Shown here in pieces: positions 27,805-41,443 of a stretch of 64,000 nucleotides of DNA; the stretch's first letter is position 1, and every line of letters starts with the position of its first letter. The DNA is from Nageia nagi (lineage: Eukaryota > Plantae > Pinophyta). The notes under the pieces are model-generated. The model had not been told where the DNA came from. It did no database searches and saw nothing but the letters and a program-made list of their open reading frames with translations. The stretch covers positions 191,208,001 through 191,272,000 of the forward strand of contig JBITNC010000001.1 of NCBI GenBank assembly GCA_050084985.1, read 5' to 3'. The position numbers and the translations under genes are program-made.

Positions 27805-29589
27805 TATTCTTTCTCTCATGTCATAGTAGGATTGGGGGCATTGCCTAACCTTTCATAACCTAGTGATGAGATACCATAGTTGAATAAGTCTCCTCTTGAA
27901 ATTGACATTGGCATAGAAGAGGTGTCAAAGATCATTCAAATTGGAACAATAATCATTAGGGAAGATAAGCAAATGTATTATTAATTCTTGATAGAATTCA
28001 AAGACATACTTTCTTGGGAATACAATGACATGACAAGATTAGATCTAACCATTGTAAATTGCAATTTGGTGGTATAGGAATGTGTCAATCATGTACAACA
28101 AAAAATAATACCAATGCATCCAAAGCATTTTGTGTTAGTCAAGAAGGAGATTAATAAATATCACAAAGATTCATTTAACCCATTTACTATTCATCTTGGA
28201 TAGCCACCATTGTTCTAAATTTTAAATCAAATGAATAAATTAGAAGTTACATAAATTTAAAGAATTTAAACAAGGCTTTTCCAAAAGATAACTTTCAATT
28301 TCCACACATTGACATAATTATGGATTCAATAGTAGGACATAAGATGTCATTCATGGACAATTTCTCTAATATAATCAAATTAGAATCAACAAAGAGGATC
28401 AATATTAGAAAACCTTCATCACACCTTAGGGAATATTTTTTTGGGTATTCATTCCCCTTTTGTCTCAATAATACAAGGGAAACATACCAAAGAGAAATGG
28501 TAACTATGTTTCATGACCTTATTCATAAATTAGTTGAAGTCTATGTTGATTATAATCTTGATAAATAAACTAAGAAGGAAAATCAATTTAAGGGACTTGA
28601 GAGTCATTTTTTGAAAGGATGAGATAATTTAACATGAAGCTAAATCCTAAGAAGTGTATTTTTGGGGTATCTAGTGGCAAGCTGCTTGGTTAAATTGTAT
28701 CTATAAGAGGCATAGAGATAGATCCTAAAAAGGTCAAATCTATAATGGATATGCCTCCACCAAGAAACATTAGAAAACTTAGAAGTATTCAAGGAATGTT
28801 ACAAGAAGTTGAGAGGTTAATGACTCAAATAGTAGATAGAACAACTCCATTCTCTTATTTTAGTAATAAGAAAAATTGGTTTATATGGAAAAAGTAGTTT
28901 CAAAAGGCATTTGAATAAACCAAGAGTTACTTACTTAACCCTCCTATTTTGCAACCAGTTGATCATACCAAGCCTTTATACTTGTATATTTTATCTACAA
29001 CTAATGGCATAGGATTAGTCCTTATCTAACTTGATAATGAAAATAGGGAGAGGGTTATGTACTATTTATCAAAGACACTAGAGAATGTAAAAATCAACTA
29101 TACATCAATCAAGAAGTTGTGTTATGCCATTGTCTACACAACTCAAAAATTGAGGTACTACATGATCACTAAAACTACCTTCATTATGCATTAAGTTAAT
29201 CCACTAAGTTATTTGCTATCAAAACCATAGTTTCAAGGAATACCAACTAAATAGATCATGGAACTCCAAGAGTTTGATCTCCTCTACACATGCCAAAAAC
29301 TAGTCAAGGGATAAGTTATAAATGATATGCTTGCAATAGCACTATGTGATGAAATCAAAAATAAAATTAAGCTTGTAGCACTAGTTGAAAAGTATGAAGA
29401 TAAAACATGAAAACTATTCTTTGTTGGCTCCAAATGTTTATAAGGAGTTTGGGAAATAATTATGCTAGTATCTCTTAAAGATGGTATGATTCCTATGACT
29501 TACAAATTGAATTTTGAGTGCACAAACAACATGGATGAGTATGATGCTTTAGTCTTGGGATTAAAGGAAAAAATAAACCTTGATATCAC

Positions 29590-30725
29590 TCTAATCCATA
29601 AACTATAAGATTAAAATTTCAATTTAACCTTTTCTTAAGATCAATTCACACTTAAAAAAATTAAGTGCTTGTAAAGGAAAATCAAGAATAAATTTGTAAA
29701 CACAGAGAAGAGAAAAGCATTCACCATAGAAAGAGATAAGCAAAATTATCCTGGTTCACCCGGTGTGGGCTATGTCCAGCTCAAAAGCTCTCTACTATTA
29801 GTGGGTGGAATCACTTTACAAAGCCTCCACAGTCCTTCAAAACCTCCTCTCACATTCACAACACACTCACAGCTCTAAAAATCACAACAAGAACTAAAAA
29901 CAACTTTCCTAAAATCCTCCTTCTTTCTCCTTCCAATTTGCTCCCCTTTTTATACAATTTTGGGGGCTAAAATTAGAGAGTATTACAACTAGGAAATTTA
30001 ATACAAAACCTATTTTTAGATACCTATTATCCTCCTTGATCTTCATGTCAAATTTGGGCTCAAATGGTTGTAACAATTTCCCCAAAATGAGCTCTAAAAT
30101 TAAAATAATACACTCACTGAATTGTTTCAGGCTTACAAAATTAAATCATCCTAATAATAGGACCTTAGGTGAGTTAAAATCATCATAAACCTTTGAAAAC
30201 ACCAAAAATACATCAAAAAATCCTAAAATCAGGTGGGTGCATTATGGTGATGACATGTGGTGCACTTAGAGGAAGTCAACCTCCTGTTGACTGGTAGTGT
30301 AGGCTCCAAACATGGGCAGCTTGGCTGGAAATCTCTAAATGTGGGTGGCTTGGCTAGTGGTCAAATGTGGGCAGCTTGGTTGGTGATCAAATGTGCTCAT
30401 CACATCTCAATTCCATGCGAGCCCCTCTTTCACCCTCCACATCACCTCCACGTGGTCCTCGTCATGCCTCATCACCTCCATGTGATCTGTTTGGTGGTAG
30501 GTGGGTCCCCTCTACAATGGCCACCCAAAACATTTTATTATTATTTTTAATCCTTTTAAATTTTTTTTTTCTCAAAATACATAAACAGAATAATATCATA
30601 TCTTCCACATACGAACTCGGATTCACGATCTGAAAGAAGCATCAGAAAGCTGAAGATAAGGTGATCATAATGAACACACAAAAATGGAGATTACTAAATG
30701 TTTAAGGGATCCAAATCTTGGATCA
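29590..30725. mobile_element. Younger LTR-like insertion splitting the aRH domain
   Basis: The aRH reading frame stops at ~29590 (GLKEKINLDI) and resumes at ~30727 (HFKVYGD...KDEKLQPY). The insert retains CpG and carries copia-LTR-like motifs (ctggttcacccggtgtgggctatgtccag). No clean TSD resolved. Confidence 0.7.
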
Positions 30726-31089
30726 TCATTTTAAAGTATATGGTGATTAAAGTCTACAATGATGCTTACAACATAAAAGATGAGAAGTTACAACCATATA
30801 AATACCTAGTAGTTGCAATGGTTAAAAGGTGATTCACATCGATTCAATTTGAGAATATTTCAAGGAAAAATAAAAGATTTGTGAATGTTATGGATAATGT
30901 TGCTTCACTAACATTTATTTCAGTTGAATATGAGGAAACCATTATCAAAATATATAGCCTTAGATATTATTCCTTTCTAGATGATGATGAATTTCAAGGG
31001 TTCTCCAAGAGAGAGCCACTCATATGTACTATTATCCCATTGTATGCAAGGTATGTATGTTTATATCTACAACTACCTCAAGAAACACC

Positions 31090-33030
31090 TAAAATCATTG
31101 ACCCTAACACCTAACACATAAAACCATTAACCCTATACCCTTGACCCTAAGTTTAATTTTTAACTTAAACCCTAAACCCTAAAACCCAAAATCATAAGTC
31201 AACATTTTTAACACTAAGTTTTAATTTTTAACCATAAATTATAATCCCTTAAACTCTTTACCTTAAGTTCTAATTTTTAACTTTAACCCTAAACCCTAAC
31301 ACTAAAACCTTAAAACCCAAACCCTTGATCCTAAGTTTTAGTTTTTAACATTAAGTTTTAATTTTTAATCATAAACCCTAAAACCTAAAACTCTTAACCC
31401 TAAGTTTTAATTTTTAAATTAAATCTTAAACCCTAACACCTAAATCCCTAATCAATAATTTAATCACTAAATTTTAATTTTTATCCATAAACCCTAATAC
31501 CTAAAACCTTAAACCCTTAACCCTAAGTTTTAATTTTTAACTTAAATAATAAACCATAACACCTAAAACCCTAAACCATTGACCTTAAGTTTTAATTTTT
31601 AGCCCTAAACCTTAACAACTAAAATTCTAAACTCTAAACCCTTAACCCTAAGTTTTAATTTTTGATCTAAACCCTAACACATAAAATCCTAAACCCTTAA
31701 CACTAAGTTTCAATTTTTCACCCTAAGTTTTAATTTTTAACCCTAAAACCTTAATCTTAATTTTTAATTTTTTGCCTAAATCCTAAGTTAACATTTTGAA
31801 CACTAAGTTTTAATTTGTAACCTTAAACCCTAACACCTAAAATTCTAAATCCTTTACCTTAAGTTTTAAATTTTAACCCTAACCCTTCCCACCTAAAATC
31901 TTAAACCCTAAACCCTTGACCCTAAGTTTCAATTTTTAACCTAAACCCTAAATCCTAACACCTCAAATCATAAGTCAAAATTTTGAATACTAAGTTTTAA
32001 TTTTTAACCCTAAATCGTAAACCCTAACACTCTAAACCCTTAACTTTTGATCATATTTTTTAACTTTTTACTCAAATCCTAAAGCCTAACACCTAAAACC
32101 TAAAACCTAAACCCATGCTCCTATGTTTTAATTTTTAACCATAAAACTTGACACCTAAAACCTAAACCCCTAACCCTATGTTTTAATTTTTAACAATAAA
32201 CCTTGACACCAAAACCCCAACCCCTTACCCCTAAGTTTAACTTAAAAGTTAAACCCTAACACCTAAAATCATAAGTTAATAGTTTTAACACAAAGTTTTT
32301 ATTTTTAACCTAAATTACGATAAATCCTAACACCTAAAACCCTAAGTTAACAATTTTAACACTAATTTTTAAATTTTAATCCTTAACCCTAAGTTTTTAT
32401 TTTTAACTTAAACCCTAACACCTAAAACTCTAAACCCTTGACCCTAAGTACTAATTTTTAATCCTAAACCTTGATACCTAAAACCTTAAACCCTTAGCCC
32501 TAAGTTTTAATTTTTAACCTAAATTCTAAACCCTAATACATAAAACCCTAAGTCAACATTTGAAATGCTAAGTTTTAATTTTTAACCCTAAATCTTAATA
32601 CCTAAATTCTTCAACCCTTGAACATATATTTTAATTTTTAACCTATACCTTAAACCATAACACCTAAAACCCTAAACCCTTGACCCTAAGTTTTAATTCT
32701 TAACTTAATTCTTAAACCATAAACCCTAATACCTAAAAATTTGTACCTTAAACATTTGACCTTAAGTTTTAATTTTTAACCCTAAACCCTTGACCTTAAG
32801 TTTTAAATTTCAACCTAAATCCTAAAACCTATATTATAACAACTAAAACCTTAAGTCAAGATTTTTAACCCTAAATCAACATTTTTAACCCTAAACTCTT
32901 TTTTTTTTAATTTTTGAGATTAATTTTTATTTTATTTTAAAATAATCATAAATCAATATTTTTAATCCTAATTCAAAAAAATTAAACCTAAGTCAACATG
33001 TTTAACCCTAAGTCAAAAATTTATTAACCT
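31090..33030. repeat. Degenerate telomere-motif-derived satellite (CCCTAAA variants alternating with a gttttaatttttaa spacer, ~50-60 bp higher-order unit)
   Basis: Dozens of ccctaaa/aaccct variants interleaved with ctaagttttaatttttaa. Confidence 0.9.
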
Positions 33031-33059
33031 TTTTTTATTTTTAATTATAAAGTAGGTAA

Positions 33060-36000
33060 GTGACTTATATCATTATGTTAAGGCATATAAGGATGAATGT
33101 GTCATACAATTAGGAGAAAATACTACCATTAATGAATGTGAGGAGGACATATGTGTCATTTTTTGAGAAGATACAACCATTAATGAATGTGGGAGGATGA
33201 ATGTATTATCCGATGAGGATGAGGTATATGTTATTAATTGATACATAAATTTCATTAAATATGTATAAATGTAAGACCATTTCAATTTTCATTTTGATTA
33301 TATTATGTGTAATAATTAATATTTAATATTATATATAGTGTTATAGGATCATGACCAAAGGATAAACGATCCATCTTCATCATCAAAATATGATGATGAC
33401 CATGAGGTAAGTAGCATCAACATTTGATTCAAATAGTTTTCAAAATATTAATTAAAAAAATCAATATATCTTATTTTTATTTATGTTTTAATTATAACCA
33501 ATGAAAATACTTATTAACCATAATAGGGTAAATAAGGGGATGAGATAAAGTCACCACAAAGTTGTTTCTATTAGTATGTTCTTTTGTAAAACCTAAATAA
33601 ATGGTTGATAATGAGAGGATATGATTTAATGATGCTATTAATCTTTATTTTAGGGCATCTTTTATATGTGAGTGTTCAAAGTATAATGGTTTATAAAGGC
33701 ATGAAAGGGATGATGTATAAATGCATTATTATGATTTTGATAATCTACAAAGATAGAGAATGCAATACCTCCTAATGCTAGCATGATCCCATTAGTCCAA
33801 TTTAATTTGCTAGATGTGTTTAAATCTAAAAGATAATATTTTTTTGAAAATACAATATACATATTCCTTTGATGAATAAAGTATAAAAATGTGTACAAAA
33901 ATAAGACACTAAGGATGACTTATTCTTCACTAGCAAATGAGGAGCCAATTGATCTACCATTAGAAAGTGTTGGTGATTTGCATTTACTATATAATCTTAT
34001 ATATTTATATAGGTCAAATTATGAGTGTATGCAATATGATGCATGGCCAAGTGATAATCCTTTTCTAAAATATTATGATTAATTGACTTATTATGGTCAT
34101 TCATGTGTGATCAAACCTTTTGAATATTTACATGATGTTAGCATGAGTTTATTTATAATATCTTCTATGTAGGTTCATCCGCACAGTGAGATACCACCAT
34201 TGCTACTATTTTATGGGCTAGTTTACAATAAAGTGGATTAGAATCTATTAGAAGAATTTATGTTTAGTATGCCCAAATATAGTATGTGTATAAATTCAAC
34301 ATCAATAATAGATGCTTTAGAACATGTGTACATTGATTAATAGAAATATTGTAGGATACATTAATAATCCCAAAGCCATTATAATCCTAGTGAACTAGGA
34401 AAATTTAGAATATGAAAATAATAATAAGACTTCATGAGTAGGATAATGAGTAGTTATATAGGTATAGTTCCTATTCTATCTCTTTCTCCTGGTTAAGAGC
34501 TATTAGTACACTACAATTTTAATATACCAACTCCTGCACATACAAGATGTTTAGAGTTAGAAGATCTAAATGCAATAATTAAACCCAAGATAAAATCAAG
34601 AAAAGAGAGTTTATAGTAATAGTTGAATAGAGTTGTAGTAAGAAATTATGAATTTCTATCTTACTCTATAGTTTATTGAAGAAAATAAAGGTAGGTTTCT
34701 TGTTAAGACATATATTATTTTATATATATATAATTATTGGAATTGTTATCATTAAAGTTTTACTTAAACTCATGTTACTTGTTAAAGTTATTGATAGTTA
34801 CTTGTTGGATATTTTAAATAATGATGTAATGTATATGTATCGATTTTTACTTAGTATTATGATATGTGAACATAAATACAATTTGGTGGTGTATTGTGAT
34901 ACACTTATTATACCTTGAAAAATATGATACACTTATCACCTGATAATGAAAATATTATGATACACTTTCTACATCTTATTCACCTATCAAGTAAAAATAT
35001 TGTATTGTAGTTTTATAATTATTTTAATGATTTGTAACAACTAATTTGATAGGAATATCAAAATCTAGCAAATAGTTATGTAAACCCAAAAATAATACCT
35101 TATATACCATCTTTGCATCAAAAATATATCCATTGAAAAAGAAGGAAGTGACTATGTAAAGTATTAAGTAAGGATGCATATACATGTTTCATGATAGAAC
35201 CAAATCCAATAGCTCCTATCCATGTAACCATGAATTTAAAAAATGATAGTGATGAAGGAGAGAATAATGCTATTTAGAAAAAAAAAAGTGCATTGAATGA
35301 TTTATTTGACTCAATCTATCCAAATGAAAATGATGATGTAGATATGAATAGTACTCCTCATATATAAGATGATGTAAGGGATGGTGATTTTGAAAATGAT
35401 AGCATGTATAATGCTTCCAAAATCCTTTTATATAAAGGAGCATTTTTATCCAAGTTCTTAGTGACCTTATTTTTGTTGAACTTAGAAGCCACTTTTTGAT
35501 GGTCAAATACAAGTTTCACTAAACTTTTGAATTATGCAATTTTTTTATGTTCTAATATTTTGATTTCTATCAACTTATATCTTAGATTTTTTATCGTTGT
35601 TTACTATTTAACATAATAATTTTATTATTTGTATGGTATTATAGGTTACTAAACAAAAAGATGCTTCCAAGTGACAATGTCATACCTCCTTGCAAAAAGG
35701 TACGTAAAATTTTGAAGGATGTAGGGGTAGAGTATCAATCATACCATGCTTGTATTAATGATTGCATATTGTATAGAGGACCATATGAAAAATTGAGTAT
35801 ATGCCCAAAATATAGTACAAATATATATCATTTAGGAATGATAGAAAATAATATTTCTCAAAATATTGTACATCATATGTGAATCATTCCTAGGCTAATA
35901 AAAATATTTTAGTGTAAGTAACTTACATAATATATGGATTGACATGCAAAAAATATAAGTGAATTTATATTACATATTTATACAAATAGTAGAGTAATGG

Positions 36001-39000
36001 AACATATACAAAATATGTGGCTTGCTAAATTTCATGATGAACTTACGAGTTTCATATTTGGTTTAGATATTAATGATGTCAATCCATTTTTTTATACAAT
36101 CATCTAATTATTTATTGTAACTTATTGTTATAAACAATTATAATATACCTCCATGTATTTCCATAAAAAAAAAAAAAAAAAAAACAAATGATGTTAGCTC
36201 TTATAGTTCTTGGAAAATATCAAGTGAAAAACATGGATTTCTAGTTTGAACCATTAATTAATGAATTGATGCAATTATGGAATGGAATATAATTAATATA
36301 AGTATACCTATCCAACAAAGTTCATTCATATTATATGGAATACTATGTTTAACTATACATTACTATCTAGGACTTAGTGTTTGTTTAGGTATTATACAAT
36401 CTTTATAACATTTGCATGTAAAAAAATTGATATATTGTAAATATTTGATTTTGTATTACCAAATGATAATGTATTCTCCAATAAAAATTATTACAAGCCT
36501 TTGTATAAAAAGTTATCATGCTTGTCCACAATGTGCAGAAAATCTCACATCCACATATTCAAAACACTTGATGAAGATGGAATACCTTGGCAATAAAAAA
36601 TATTTTCTAATAAAACACCATTTTCAAAATAAAAAATCAAATTTTAATGGCTAGGTTGATCAAATATGCAATCCAAATTATACATCTCCTATGGATTAGT
36701 GGTAAAAGTACCAAAAAATGAATAAAAATGTTGGGATAAAGCCTTTTAGGAAGATATTACTAAAGGCATAAATAAGGTTATTATTGGAAAGGATGACTTA
36801 CCCAAAGGTCAAATTTAACAAAATATATAAATATATTTATTTATTTAAAAAAACACACATTTGTAATATTTCAATTTCATATTTTTATCATTTAAATGAT
36901 TAATTTTATACATGGTTTTAGACATGAACAAACTATCAATATTTTATAAACTAGAATACTATAAGCTCTTGTTAGTTATACATTTTAAATAATATTGCAT
37001 CTTGTTTGTAATAGTATATAACAAGAAAAGAATTAGATAGTGTTCAAGTGAGATATGACTTAAATAAAACCAATGCAAATCTTTCCTTATAGGTGAGTAA
37101 AAATTAAGATGGAACAACAAAAGCACCTACTTTCACATGGATTATGAAAAAAGAAGAAGTGGATATGATACATTTGATCTTCTTCAAAATATTAGAACAC
37201 TATCTCAATATGTATCATATATAATAAGAGTATCTCTTACTGATGGTAAAATTACAATATTAAAGTTTGATGATTACCATAATTTCTTGAAGGTATTCTC
37301 ATATTATATTTCTATATAAATCCTTATATTCATATTAATATATATTATATTAAAAATATTCATATTAATATATATTTATTTACAACATATTTTTCCACTT
37401 GCAAATCATGGATGTGTGAGTTTACCTAATGTTTTAAGAATTTTAAATTGTCAACTATCATCATTTCTAAAGCATTTCATAGTATGGTACTAGTCTATGA
37501 TAAAAATAGTATGTGTTTATTATTAGTTTCTAATTTTTTATATATATTGACATATGGTGGTATTCATTATATTTTTTATTAATAGGTGGTTGTATTAATT
37601 ATATTTTCATCAATAGGTGGTTAACTTCAAAGGAGATACATGTGGGTGAAATAAATATATGGTGTAAAAAAATTATTAAAATTATATGTAAACTTGAAAG
37701 AGAAATATCTGCTACTTTTATTAGCATACATGTGCACATATATCTATCTAGTAGATGATACTGATATAGTAGGTGTTAAAAGCGTTGAAAACATATTTTT
37801 TATGGAGATATTTTTAAAAGTACTAAAATCATTTGTTAGATAAAAATCATGACTATAAGGATCTATAGATGAGGGATACATTGTAAAAGAATATTTTTTT
37901 TATGCAATTGAGTATCTTTACCAAATCCTTGATTAAATATAATTGATGGATGCAATATGATGGTAATTATTATTTTTTTATTTGCATTTAATTTTTTAAT
38001 ATTTTCATAAGATAACTACAACTAACATAAAAATAATGCTTGCACTAATAAGATTTTTATGTAAAATTGTGCAGCCATCATCTCACTTTACAATGTGGGC
38101 ATATGGCCAACATTTCAAACTTGATAAGAATGATGAGAACATCACTTTGGAGTAGTGGTTGATTTTGACCAAGCAAATCATGCAAGTGCAAAAGATACAA
38201 ACTAGATAGAAGTAATATTACAATATATTAAAAAAATTTAAGAAATTATTCAATTGGATTATAGGTCATTCAAGTGTGTAGTATTTAAATATAAATGGTT
38301 TGAAGGGTTTAATAGGTAGTGATTATCATGAAATTGACTCTACATAATATTTATCTAAAGATAAAGAGCCTTATGTTTTACCATAACATTACAGTCAAAT
38401 ATTTTTCTATCCATATGTGGTGGATAAGAAAGTCTAGTTTGTAATTAATTATGATCCTAGACGAAAACATATTATGTGTTCTATTGATGAAGATAATAAT
38501 GAAACTTAAATGATTACATTTCATTAAGCATTTAATATTATAAATTATATGTTTATGGATGCTATGTATTTACATATTACATTTGCATTTTAAATATTTA
38601 CAAAGAGAAATGATTGAAAATTAATAAATGGTCAAAAAAATTTCTTATTGACATATAATCTGTTATTTACATAATCTAAATGCTAATAAATTCATTTTAA
38701 TAAATAATAACAACCATTTTCTAAGTTTTCATAATCAATTTTAATATGATGAAATTATTACAAGGCTTGAAAAAACTCTTAATAGTGTCAACAATAGCAT
38801 AAAAAATAGTTTCATATATTGAAGTGTCAACAATAGCATAAAAAATAGTTTCATATTTTGAGAAAAAATAATGTTACATATAGCATCAATAATAACATCA
38901 GATTTAAAATAAAATTAGTGTCATACATAGCATCATAAATGGCATTACAAAAAATAGGAAAAAGATGGAAATCAAACCTTGGTGTCATCTTAATGCATCA

Positions 39001-39050
39001 GGAACCTACTCATGCATTTTTTGATGCCAATCCACCTTTTGGTAGTAGTG
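33060..39050 (+). mobile_element. Decayed CACTA (En/Spm) element, 3' part, with intron-containing transposase and right TIR
   Basis: Tnp2 motifs EYQSYHACINDCILYRG (35661-35882) and YHACPQC (~36515); DUF4218-like GSIDEGYIVKE (~37860); DUF4216-like segment ~38150-38460; subterminal gcatca/gtgtca motifs; ends ggtagtagtg (reverse CACTACTACC) at 39050. Confidence 0.9.
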
Positions 39051-40199
39051 ATAATTCCTGCTAATTAACAAAAAAATGTAAATTCTTAGGCCTAATAGCT
39101 AATGGATTTATAAATTATTTTCAATTTTTAAAATATATTCCATTATATTTAAGCATGTTGAGCCCATTTTAAACTGAAATTTATAAAAAATAAAAATAAA
39201 AATTACCTTTATAAATTAGCCACTTATAGATTGATATATATACATATATGATGCCTATACCACCAAATCATAGAGGAATCTAGTAGTTCATGTTTGTTTT
39301 AAGATCTAGTGGGATAATAATATTAGTCATTAATTATAAGTTTATTTTGAATTTGTTAGTGCTATCACATCATAAAGGGCTATAATCAATTTGGTACCAA
39401 CTAGTACTAGATTCATTTTGATACTATTTTGATATTTTATCAATCCGATACCATATTAGGTTGTTGTTGGTTAAGAACCATCTTCTTTCTCTATTGATTC
39501 AACACCATACAATTCTAATATCACCTCAATACCATTTATTTCTATTATTTCTTTGATATCATTAAAGATTATCATTGTTACAACATCATATAAGGTTGGT
39601 TTCAACTTGATACTATCTAGGGCTATAATTGGTTTAACACTATTTGAATTTATTATCAATCTGGAACCAATTTAGTTTGTTATCACTTTTACACTAAATA
39701 GGGCTATAATTCATTTGATATCATCGCATGTTTTTTTTTTTTTTTGAAACCATTTAAATTAATTATCATCCTAACATCATATGGGACTTCTACCATAATA
39801 TTATTATTGGAGTCTATTTTGATTTGAGTTTCATGTCAAAAACTTACCAATTGATGATCAAAATTATTTAATACATAAAAAAATGTATATTTTCTGATTT
39901 GGGTTCATTATCATAAAATTATGAGGTCTTAGTACAATTACATATTTTTTGTGTTAATCTAGTTGCATGGTAATATGTTATTATCTCTATTACACATCTT
40001 TGGTGAGAGTCTAGTTACATGATGATATGGTATTGAACTAGTTGCACATCTTTAGTGTTAATTTGATTTTACGATGATATGTTGTTGATCAAGTTGTACA
40101 CCTTTGATGCCAATTAAATTGCATAAGATTTAGTGTCAAAAAAGTTTCATATCTTTTTCACTAGTTTTTATAATATTTTACAAATTAATATTTAAAAAA

Positions 40200-41300
40200 T
40201 CTATTTTTTTAAATAGGTTTATGATATTGTTTTCTTCATTTCTAAATTCCATTCACCAAATTTCTTCTCTTGAGATATCATCCACCTAAATCCCACATGG
40301 ACCTTTCATATGTTTATTCTCAAGGTTCTTCTTCACAACTCCAACCTTCCTAATTTTCATTCTCTAATCTACCACTTTTGCAACTCAAGTGTTGTCATAC
40401 TTCTAGTGCTCTAGAAATAAAATGTATTTTACTTTCTATTAACTCTATCACCTATTCCTCTTCTAGTTATGTACTCTATTACAACTAGAAATGCAATTGT
40501 TATCCCTTGCTCTATGCATGCATCATCTAACTCTAAATCTTTATCCAACTTATGGAAATTATATAATCATTATTGGAAACCAAGATTTTCTTCATACACT
40601 TAATTATCTTAACTAAGTATTATGTCAATTTCTTATATAATTATAATTCCTAATATGCCACATCTATACACATATTCACTATACATGTTTATACTATATA
40701 CTCAAAATCACCCCTCAAATAATCTTTGATTATTTGGAAATTCTTCAATACTACATCAATCACCATCTTATATTACCTCCTTGCTCAAAATTCAATATTG
40801 TTGTGGATGTTCCTACATCATATTACCAAGATTTTTTTTTATAAAATTGATTGCTTATTTATGTCCTTATTTTCATTTTATATTTTTTGTACTTCCTATT
40901 ATTCTTTATGCTCTTTTCTTTATCATTACCTTCACCTTTAGAGTTTAATGACTTGTACCCTATCATATCACTACCATTATTTGATGGTCTTTTCTTCATA
41001 TTTATAGCTCTCTATCCAATACTCTTATATAGGTCCATACTAAGAGTAGATTTTATTCTTCATCTCTTGATGGTCTTTTTCCTATTCATGTTCTACTTCT
41101 TTATCCTTCCTCCTATGTTACTAATATATAATCTTCTCCTCCTTACTATCAACATTTTTAATTAATCTCTTATTATTAATTTCCCCATGTAAGCACTTCT
41201 AACTTGACATTCCATACTTTTTAATAGGAAAACCTTTAGTACTACCCTCTTTGTACAACCTTTGTAGATATAATATCAAATATTTTTAAGGTATACTCTA
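40200..41300 (-). mobile_element. Possible LINE (L1) ORF1 remnant
   Basis: Minus strand near 40640-40700 reads DFEYIV...YRCGILG, like the V.YE...C..CG.LGH knuckle of L1 ORF1. Heavily decayed. Confidence 0.3.
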
Positions 41301-41443
41301 TAATTATCTTCTTCTACTCATGTAGCTTATCCTTTTAATTACCCTTATTATCAACTTTTTGTTACATAGTATTCTCTCTACTCTTTCTTTATATATAACT
41401 ATCCTTCTCTATGATTATCTCTAAGAGGTACTCTCTCTCCTTA

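Larger units (their letters stand above)
23741..31088 (+). mobile_element. Decayed Ty3/gypsy Tat-clade (Ogre/Retand-type) element: 5' LTR 23741-24523, gag, PR, G-patch, RT, RH, aRH; truncated at the integrase start
   Basis: LTR termini tgttgata...tatcaaca; gag PKFKKFNGENNPITHL at ~25010; PR AFVDGGVGLNICS and ILLGRPWIH at 26390-26640; RT NKAFPKDNFQFPHID, SFMDNFS, VEVYVD; aRH FECTNNMDEYDALVLGL...KVYGD after RH. Confidence 0.9.

Noticed and set aside
31090-33030. True telomere or chromosome end
   Set aside because: Highly degenerate, interleaved with a non-telomeric spacer, and flanked by TE sequence on both sides.
36165-36184. Poly(A) run as a retroposition tail
   Set aside because: It lies within the CACTA transposase coding remnant with no TSD or element body; more likely slippage expansion.
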